Below are positions 1-4,379 of a DNA stretch of 9,363 nucleotides, in pieces. The stretch is from Thermaceae bacterium (GTDB lineage: Bacteria > Deinococcota > Deinococci > Deinococcales > Marinithermaceae): contig WFXV01000033.1 in assembly GCA_015490435.1 (NCBI GenBank), positions 1-9,363 on the forward strand. The letters run 5' to 3'. The notes under the pieces are model-generated. The model saw nothing but the letters and a program-made list of their open reading frames with translations, was not told where the DNA came from and did no database searches. Each line of letters starts with the position of its first letter. Position 1 is the first letter of the stretch. The translations under genes were made by a program, and so were the position numbers.

Positions 1-60
1 ACGGAACACAAGGATGCGCCTTCCTTGGTAGGTGAGCCGCGCGTTCTTGTGGCTGTTCAC
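1..60 (-). CDS. IS481-family transposase, N-terminal fragment (gene continues beyond the left edge of the window)
   Basis: The reverse complement of 1-60 reads GTG AAC AGC CAC AAG AAC GCG CGG CTC ACC TAC CAA GGA AGG CGC ATC CTT GTG TTC CGT = (M)NSHKNARLTYQGRRILVFR. An MNxHK(N/H)ARLT opening is the typical N-terminus of IS481-family DDE transposases (e.g. Bordetella IS481, recalled from memory). GGAGG at 70-74 lies 7 nt upstream of the GTG. An in-frame ATG at 88-90 would add 10 aa but lacks a well-spaced SD. The ORF is too short to appear in the ORF track. Confidence 0.5.
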   Translation of the reverse strand, partial: MNSHKNARLTYQGRRILVFR

Positions 61-128
61 TGGAGCCCCTCCTCTCGTGCTGAAAGCCATGCCTTCACAG
101 GCACCAGGGTATGGGGCTCCAGTGAACA
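54..128. repeat. Perfect 16-bp inverted repeat (54-69 tgttcactggagcccc / 113-128 ggggctccagtgaaca) with a 43-nt spacer, enclosing the transposase start codon
   Basis: Read directly from the sequence: 113-128 is the exact reverse complement of 54-69. The left arm contains the putative GTG start (58-60) and abuts the SD (70-74). Confidence 0.85.
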
Positions 129-169
129 ACGTGTTGAGAGGTTACACCTAGCCCACGGCCAGAAATAGG

Positions 170-421
170 CTACCATTTACGGCGTTTATACGGACATGTA
201 GGCCTCTCGCACTTACGCCGACCTTCACGGATTGCAGCTATCTCCAGACCTGTGAGCAACTCACCGCAGACAGGGCAACGAGTGCGGGTGTAAGTAAAGC
301 TACGCCTGGCGACAAACAAATCTGAAGCCCGTGTTGCGGGGGCAAAGAAGACACTAAGCAGACGCCACAACCACCAGAGCACAGCGACCACCACCAGGGC
401 GGCCAGGAGGTAGCCGAGCAT
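170..421 (-). CDS. 83-aa hypothetical protein: N-terminal transmembrane helix plus a C-terminal Cys4 (zinc-ribbon-like) basic tail
   Basis: The ATG at 419-421 lies 4 nt after the Zot-like stop (TGA TGCC ATG). Residues 3-27 (GYLLAALVVVAVLWWLWRLLSVFFA) are hydrophobic. Cysteines are arranged C49-x2-C52 ... C71-x4-C76. Codon usage switches from GC3-rich to mixed after about codon 19 (near nt 365), so the C-terminal part may be a chimeric read-through. Confidence 0.45.
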   Translation of the reverse strand: MLGYLLAALVVVAVLWWLWRLLSVFFAPATRASDLFVARRSFTYTRTRCPVCGELLTGLEIAAIREGRRKCERPTCPYKRRKW

Positions 422-425
422 GGCA

Positions 426-1295
426 TCAGGCTACCGCAGGGATGGGGGTGGGTTGCGGTTGGAGTTTTTGTTTGAGGAGTTCGTGCGGGGGGACTTTCTT
501 GCGATAGGCCTCGGCGAGCTCGGCGAGGGTGAGGGCGGGGAGCCCGTCAGCGGGACCCGGGCCGGTTTTGCGCTGGGCGAGCTTTGACTCGTCCCAGGCC
601 AGGCCCAGGGCCTCGACCGCCGCCCGGCGCTTGGGATCGAGCTCCTTTTGCAGCTCGATGATCGGGGGCGGGAAGATCGCCCGGGTGTCGTAGCAGGCGG
701 CAGCCAGGGGGTCAAGCACCACCACATCGTTGCGGGCGATCCCCTCGAAGATCGAAGCGCTTTTTTTCTGCATCATGCCCAGGGACTCGTCCATGATGTG
801 GGTGTAGCGGATCACGGGTAGACGCCAACGGTGCTTCGGCCAGAGGAAGAGCTTGAGCCAGAAGGGGGCAGGCCGAGCCCACCAGACATGAGCCACCAGG
901 TCGCGGATCATGGTGTCGACGGAGGCATAGCGCTGGGTCGCCAAGAGCACGTCCACCCCCACCTTGCGGTGCTGGGACCAGAAGCCCAGGACCTCGGTGG
1001 GAAAGAGGCGATACTCCCGGGCGTTGAACCACATGTGGGCCTCGTCGAAGAGGAGAAGGCCCTCGTAGACGTTCAAGAGGCCCTTGTAGTCACGGATCTC
1101 CTCGATGCTGTCGGCGCGAAGGACGGCCTCGCGGTGGGACAGGCGGAAGCGGCGGCGCAGGTAGTGGTAGACGTTCTCCCGGATGAAGCCGAAGTTGGCG
1201 TAGACACGCCTGCCCTTGGCTAAGGCTTCGAGCCCCCGCTTGACCAGCATGTAGCTCTTGCCCGAGCCCGGAACACCCACGTAAGCCTCGATCAT
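426..1295 (-). CDS. Zot / gene-I-like filamentous-phage assembly ATPase (P-loop NTPase), 289 aa
   Basis: This is the true start inside the 595-aa track ORF: ATG at 1293-1295, preceded by GGAGGG (6-nt spacer) and 2 nt after the upstream gene's TAG. The N-terminus MIEAYVGVPGSGKSYMLV carries Walker A (1254-1277). LLLFDEAH is Walker B (1035-1058). This matches the usual Zot-family layout (PF05707). No hydrophobic TM segment is visible in the C-terminal half. Confidence 0.85.
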   Translation of the reverse strand: MIEAYVGVPGSGKSYMLVKRGLEALAKGRRVYANFGFIRENVYHYLRRRFRLSHREAVLRADSIEEIRDYKGLLNVYEGLLLFDEAHMWFNAREYRLFPTEVLGFWSQHRKVGVDVLLATQRYASVDTMIRDLVAHVWWARPAPFWLKLFLWPKHRWRLPVIRYTHIMDESLGMMQKKSASIFEGIARNDVVVLDPLAAACYDTRAIFPPPIIELQKELDPKRRAAVEALGLAWDESKLAQRKTGPGPADGLPALTLAELAEAYRKKVPPHELLKQKLQPQPTPIPAVA

Positions 1296-1297
1296 GG

Positions 1298-1702
1298 CTA
1301 CCCTCCGCCCCGAAGGAACTTGACGCCCTTGTAGAGGAAGATCGCGCCGTAGACCGCCGCCCAGACCGAAGCAGCAGTTAAAACCTCGGAGACCGGGAAG
1401 AAGGTGTTCAGGATCCCGAGGTAAGGGGCAAGCGCGTCGGTGTACCAGGTGGGCGGATCCGGCACCGGGGGCAGGAGGTGGGCAAGAAACCCGAGCAGCA
1501 CGAAGAAGAGGTCCACCGCGAGGTTCACGAGCAGAACGAGCAGGTCCAGGACCCAACCCAGGACAGCCCCGACCAGGGAGCCCAACGCCTGCCAGAGGGC
1601 GCCGAAGAGGCTCGAAAACCAGCCCAGGACGTGGCCGGCGGCCTGGGCGATCAGGTTCGCGATCATCTGCAGGAACGATGCGAGGGCACTCAAGGCAACC
1701 AC
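1298..1702 (-). CDS. gVI-like polytopic small membrane protein (putative minor coat / virion-cap protein), up to 134 aa
   Basis: The protein is very hydrophobic with several predicted TM helices (e.g. LGSLVGAVLGWVLDLLVLLVNLAVDLFFVLLGFLAHLL). It sits between the gIII-like and Zot-like genes, as gVI does in Ff. The start is uncertain: the GTG at 1702 overlaps the GGAGG, so TTG at 1693 or ATG at 1666 may be used instead. Confidence 0.65.
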   Translation of the reverse strand: MVALSALASFLQMIANLIAQAAGHVLGWFSSLFGALWQALGSLVGAVLGWVLDLLVLLVNLAVDLFFVLLGFLAHLLPPVPDPPTWYTDALAPYLGILNTFFPVSEVLTAASVWAAVYGAIFLYKGVKFLRGGG

Positions 1703-1917
1703 CTCCGGGAGAAAGAAGCCAAGGAAAGAGGAAAGCTCTTCTCAAGGCCGCCGGGCGCAAGGGTGAACCCCTTCGGGAACCATCCCCTCCGCGCGGCGCG
1801 TCGCCGGGAGGCGGGGGTCCTCCTGGCGTCCGGCCGTCCCACCCCAGGACCGCGCCGCGCTCCGGGGACGCTTCGCGCCCTTGCGCCCGTCGGCCCGAAG
1901 ACGAAAGGGAGAACTGA

Positions 1918-1938
1918 GGGCTTTCCGGGGGAAAGCCC
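1918..1938 (-). terminator. 9-bp perfect GC-rich hairpin (gggctttcc ggg ggaaagccc) 29 nt downstream of the gIII-like stop; candidate terminator or attenuator
   Basis: Stem 1918-1926 pairs with 1930-1938; the loop is 1927-1929. On the minus-strand RNA it is followed by UCAGUUCUCCCUUUCGUCUUC, which is only moderately U-rich. Confidence 0.3.
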
Positions 1939-1966
1939 TTGTTCCAGGATGCACAAGGTGCAGGAG

Positions 1967-3403
1967 CTACGCATGGCTGGCCCTCCGGGCGATCGCGAAG
2001 AGGAAGCCGACCATGAGGGAGGCGAGGACAATGCGACGGCCGGTGGAGGCGGCCCACTGCATCACGGGGTTGTTGCAGATGTCTATGTTGGCGGGAGGCA
2101 GGTCGGGGATCTCGAGCTGGAACTGCATGTCGCAGGAGCCGCCGCTCACCGATGGCGGCGCGGGAATCCACCGGGCCATGCCCACGGGGAAGCGGTCCTG
2201 CAGGGTATCCCACAGGTTTTGCAGATTCTGCTCGAAGTTCGTGCGGATCTGATCGAAGCGCCCGGTGGGGTCGGGGAGCTCGGGCGGTTCGAGCTGGGGG
2301 AGGTCCACAGGGGTGAGCGTGGGCTCGGTAGGATCGGGAATCTCGTCAGGGTTTTCCTCCTCTTCCGGCTGGCACATGTTGTTGGGATCGTTGGGGCAGG
2401 GGTCCGCCGAGTCCTTGAGGCCGTCGCCGTCGGTGTCCTGGTCCTGATCCACCCCGGGGCGGCTACTGGGGTCGGTGGGGTCCGTACCCGCGTCCCGCTC
2501 CGCAGCGTTGTCGTAGCCGTCGCCGTCGGGGTCGCCGTTCGGTAAAGGTTGGCTCCCCGCGTTCGAAGGGTCCGAACCGGTATCCCACTCGAACCAGTCG
2601 GGCCAGCCGTCGCCGTCGGTGTCCTCGTAGGGGTTGAAGAAGGGGTTATCGTACCACTGGTTGCCGGTAGGTGCAGGATCAAGCGTAAGGCCGGGAAGAG
2701 GCTCGGCGAAGGTCTGGGGGATGTTGCCCTGGGCATCCTGATCGCCGATGTAATCAGTAACCACTTGCTTCACGCCGTCGGCGGCGTCGGGGTGGGACTG
2801 GATCCAGTCGGGGAGGGGTGCACGGTCCACCCCACAGCCAGGACCGTAAGCATTTTGTGCAAACCAAGCTTCGATCTGACTATCACCCCAGTTGCCGTTT
2901 ACCACAGCAAACCCGGGGAAATATACGGTATCGCCGTCGCGCCGCGTGTAGTAAACATAGGTGCTGTTACATACATCGTAATACTTCAACTCCCATTTCA
3001 AGTGTGCGACCCTTTTGCTAATGCCGCCTGCAACACAATCCATGTAGCCGCCTGTTACGTAGTAGCAATAATCCCAAGCCGGGCTGAAACGAAACCAATC
3101 ATCGAGCGACGTGCCAGTAGACTTCTGCGCCTCGTTATAAAACCAGTCCAGCGCGGTAAGCACCAGGGAGGCGCCGATGACCAGGGCGCCGCCGTAGCGG
3201 ACGTAGCGGCCCCAGCGGACGGACTTCGTAAGTCGGTCACTGGTAAGTTGAATAATCTCAGGCCCCGCCAGGTCCTGAACAACCTCTCTGATACCAGGAA
3301 CAAACGGAGAACTGGGGGGTACAGGCATAGGCCGGTGCGCCAGGGCCGGGGAGAGCAAGGCCCCGGCCACCGCCAGGGCAACCAGTAGCCGGGGCACTCG
3401 CAT
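1967..3403 (-). CDS. gIII-like adsorption / minor coat protein with thrombospondin-type-3-like Ca-binding repeats, 478 aa
   Basis: It has a signal peptide (MRVPRLLVALAVAGALLSPALA/HRP) and a Cys-containing N-terminal globular region. Three DxDxDGxxD repeats are present (DTDGDGWPDWFE, DPDGDGYDNAAE, DTDGDGLKDSAD; nt about 2381-2629), followed by a Pro/Glu-rich linker. The C-terminal hydrophobic anchor plus basic tail (RRIVLASLMVGFLFAIARRASHA) resembles Ff pIII. The gene lies directly after the major coat gene (4-nt gap). Confidence 0.7.
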   Translation of the reverse strand: MRVPRLLVALAVAGALLSPALAHRPMPVPPSSPFVPGIREVVQDLAGPEIIQLTSDRLTKSVRWGRYVRYGGALVIGASLVLTALDWFYNEAQKSTGTSLDDWFRFSPAWDYCYYVTGGYMDCVAGGISKRVAHLKWELKYYDVCNSTYVYYTRRDGDTVYFPGFAVVNGNWGDSQIEAWFAQNAYGPGCGVDRAPLPDWIQSHPDAADGVKQVVTDYIGDQDAQGNIPQTFAEPLPGLTLDPAPTGNQWYDNPFFNPYEDTDGDGWPDWFEWDTGSDPSNAGSQPLPNGDPDGDGYDNAAERDAGTDPTDPSSRPGVDQDQDTDGDGLKDSADPCPNDPNNMCQPEEEENPDEIPDPTEPTLTPVDLPQLEPPELPDPTGRFDQIRTNFEQNLQNLWDTLQDRFPVGMARWIPAPPSVSGGSCDMQFQLEIPDLPPANIDICNNPVMQWAASTGRRIVLASLMVGFLFAIARRASHA

Positions 3404-3407
3404 GGCC

Positions 3408-3629
3408 TTACCCCTTGAGGAAGCGCCGGGCGAACTTGAAGGCGGTCATCAGGCCGATGGAGAGGGCGAGGACGCCCACGCCGGCCGCCGCGATCGCAGT
3501 CAGGTTGGTGGTGACCTTGTCGGCGATGGGCGCGGGGTCGATGTCGGGGCCGGCGGTCTGAGCGAAGGCCAGCGCCCCCAGGACCAGAGAGGTGCCAAGG
3601 ACCGAGAGCTTCTTGAGGAACTTCTTCAT
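3408..3629 (-). CDS. Inovirus major coat protein precursor (gVIII-like), 73 aa; predicted 23-aa signal peptide and 50-aa mature protein
   Basis: The preferred start is ATG at 3627-3629, 9 nt after GGAGG; the track ORF starts further upstream at 3662. The signal peptide MKKFLKKLSVLGTSLVLGALAFA is followed by the mature QTAGPDIDPAPIADKVTTNLTAIAAAGVGVLALSIGLMTAFKFARRFLKG. That mature protein has the acidic N-terminus, hydrophobic core and basic C-terminus of inovirus coat proteins. The segment AIAAAGVGVLAL.IGL...RFLKG matches my recollection of the Thermus phage PH75 coat protein. Confidence 0.85.
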   Translation of the reverse strand: MKKFLKKLSVLGTSLVLGALAFAQTAGPDIDPAPIADKVTTNLTAIAAAGVGVLALSIGLMTAFKFARRFLKG

Positions 3630-3681
3630 CTGCATCAACCTCCTTTCCTTTCTTTGCTCCACGCGCGGCCCTGGACGCGCG

Positions 3682-3774
3682 TTAGAGCCGCTTGAGTACG
3701 GCCCGCAGGCTGGCGAGGATCACGCCGCCCGCAAGGCCCCAGAGGTAGGCTCCCCAGATCGGCTGCCACTCCAT
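3682..3774 (-). CDS. 30-aa hydrophobic mini-protein (gVII/gIX-like minor coat candidate)
   Basis: Hand translation gives MEWQPIWGAYLWGLAGGVILASLRAVLKRL*. Its ATG shares one nt with the upstream ORF's TGA (TGATG at 3772-3776). The hydrophobic core plus basic C-terminus is typical of pVII/pIX-type proteins. Confidence 0.5.
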   Translation of the reverse strand: MEWQPIWGAYLWGLAGGVILASLRAVLKRL

Positions 3775-3881
3775 CACAGCCCCCGGAAGAGCACCCAGAG
3801 ATAGCGGTACGCCGCGAGGAAGGCGTAGGGAATGCTGGCGATCGAGACCACGGTGACCCAGGCGGTGCTCGGCTCGAACAT
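3774..3881 (-). CDS. 35-aa hydrophobic mini-protein (gVII/gIX-like minor coat candidate)
   Basis: Hand translation gives MFEPSTAWVTVVSIASIPYAFLAAYRYLWVLFRGL*. It has TGATG overlaps at both ends (3879-3883 and 3772-3776). Confidence 0.5.
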   Translation of the reverse strand: MFEPSTAWVTVVSIASIPYAFLAAYRYLWVLFRGL

Positions 3882-3985
3882 CACCAGTCCCCCACGGCCA
3901 GCACGCCGGTGAGCACGCCGAGGGTGAAGGCGAAGACCTTCAGCACCTCGACGACCTGCTCCACCGGGACCTCGGCGAGGGTCAT
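3881..3985 (-). CDS. 34-aa hydrophobic mini-protein
   Basis: Hand translation gives MTLAEVPVEQVVEVLKVFAFTLGVLTGVLAVGDW*. Its ATG overlaps the ssDNA-binding gene's stop (ATGA at 3982-3985), and its TGA overlaps the next ATG. Confidence 0.45.
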   Translation of the reverse strand: MTLAEVPVEQVVEVLKVFAFTLGVLTGVLAVGDW

Positions 3986-4254
3986 TTGGCCTTCGCCTCC
4001 CCCACCCACTCGCGCACGTAGTGGACGGTTCCGAGGCGAGGGGTGTTCTCCCTGAGGTAGACGCGGGCCCGGAAGGTCACCGGGTCCATCGGCTTCAGCG
4101 CCATCACGTCGGGGACGCTCTCGGGATCGAGGTTCAAGCGCAGGATGGGGCTTTCGTCATCGATGATCAGCTCGACCGTGTGGTAGACCTTGCCGTTATC
4201 GGCCGTGCGAGAGGTGTAGCGGACAAAGTTGCCTTTTACATAGACTCCGTTCAT
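3982..4254 (-). CDS. gV-like single-stranded-DNA-binding protein candidate, 90 aa
   Basis: Its size, its position (after Rep, before the coat genes) and a beta-rich sequence with aromatic and basic residues (GNFVRYTSRTADNGKVYHTVELII...FRARVYLRE) fit the small OB-fold ssDNA-binding proteins of inoviruses. A strong SD (GGAGG) lies 8 nt upstream of the ATG. The assignment is by synteny, not by a recognised motif. Confidence 0.55.
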   Translation of the reverse strand: MNGVYVKGNFVRYTSRTADNGKVYHTVELIIDDESPILRLNLDPESVPDVMALKPMDPVTFRARVYLRENTPRLGTVHYVREWVGEAKAK

Positions 4255-4379
4255 CTTCCTAACCTCCTTCGGTAGTGCGGATCGCCTGTAAGCGCGGTGC
4301 CTATCACCACGCGCAAGGCCCAGAGAAGAGCGCTGCCGTTATCGGCAAAGACGCGCCAGAAGCGGAGGAGCCGAAGCAT
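4251..4379 (-). CDS. 42-aa hypothetical small protein bridging Rep and the ssDNA-binding gene
   Basis: Hand translation gives MLRLLRFWRVFADNGSALLWALRVVIGTALTGDPHYRRRLGR*. The ATG overlaps the Rep TGA (TGATG, 4377-4381) and the TGA overlaps the next ATG (ATGA, 4251-4254). The ORF therefore exactly fills the 'intergenic' gap. Confidence 0.4.
   Translation of the reverse strand: MLRLLRFWRVFADNGSALLWALRVVIGTALTGDPHYRRRLGR

Noticed and set aside
130-150. Possible att-like or terminal repeat between 136-144 (minus-strand AGGTGTAACC) and 5764-5772 (GGTGTAGGG) at the two sides of the phage module
   Set aside because: Only a 6-nt GGTGTA core is shared, and the orientation does not fit terminal inverted repeats of an element spanning the two sites. 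This is within chance expectation.
170-421. Calling the 83-aa ORF a bona fide zinc-ribbon protein
   Set aside because: The Cys spacing (CxxC ... Cx4C) is non-canonical, and the Cys-bearing part lies in the compositionally foreign segment. It may be fortuitous read-through into inserted DNA, so only the TM-helix N-terminus is treated as reliable.
1742-1954. 70-aa basic ORF (GTG start) and 113-aa ORF (1690..2031) in the gIII/gVI gap
   Set aside because: The composition is extremely Arg/Pro/Gly-rich. They run through the hairpins, have no SD, and the 113-aa ORF overlaps the gIII-like C-terminus. The region is better explained as structured non-coding DNA.
1296-2213. Upstream 306 codons of the 595-aa track ORF (426..2213, minus strand)
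   Set aside because: The extension is Pro/Arg/Gly-rich with no recognisable domain, and it overlaps the hydrophobic gVI-like gene and the end of the gIII-like gene in other frames. The Zot-like domain starts exactly at the internal ATG (1295), which has a good SD. It is an open-frame artefact of high GC.
1478-3388. Long plus-strand ORFs 1478..2545 (355 aa) and 2549..3388 (279 aa)
   Set aside because: They are antisense to the gIII-like and gVI-like genes. The translated sequences are low-complexity (Gly/Val/Arg/Ala-rich) with no motifs. This is the typical stop-codon-poor antisense frame of GC-rich coding DNA.
3661-3682. Hairpin upstream of the coat gene considered as a rho-independent terminator
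   Set aside because: On the transcribed (minus) strand it is followed by an A/G-rich tract rather than a U-tract. It is kept only as a possible RNA stability or processing element.
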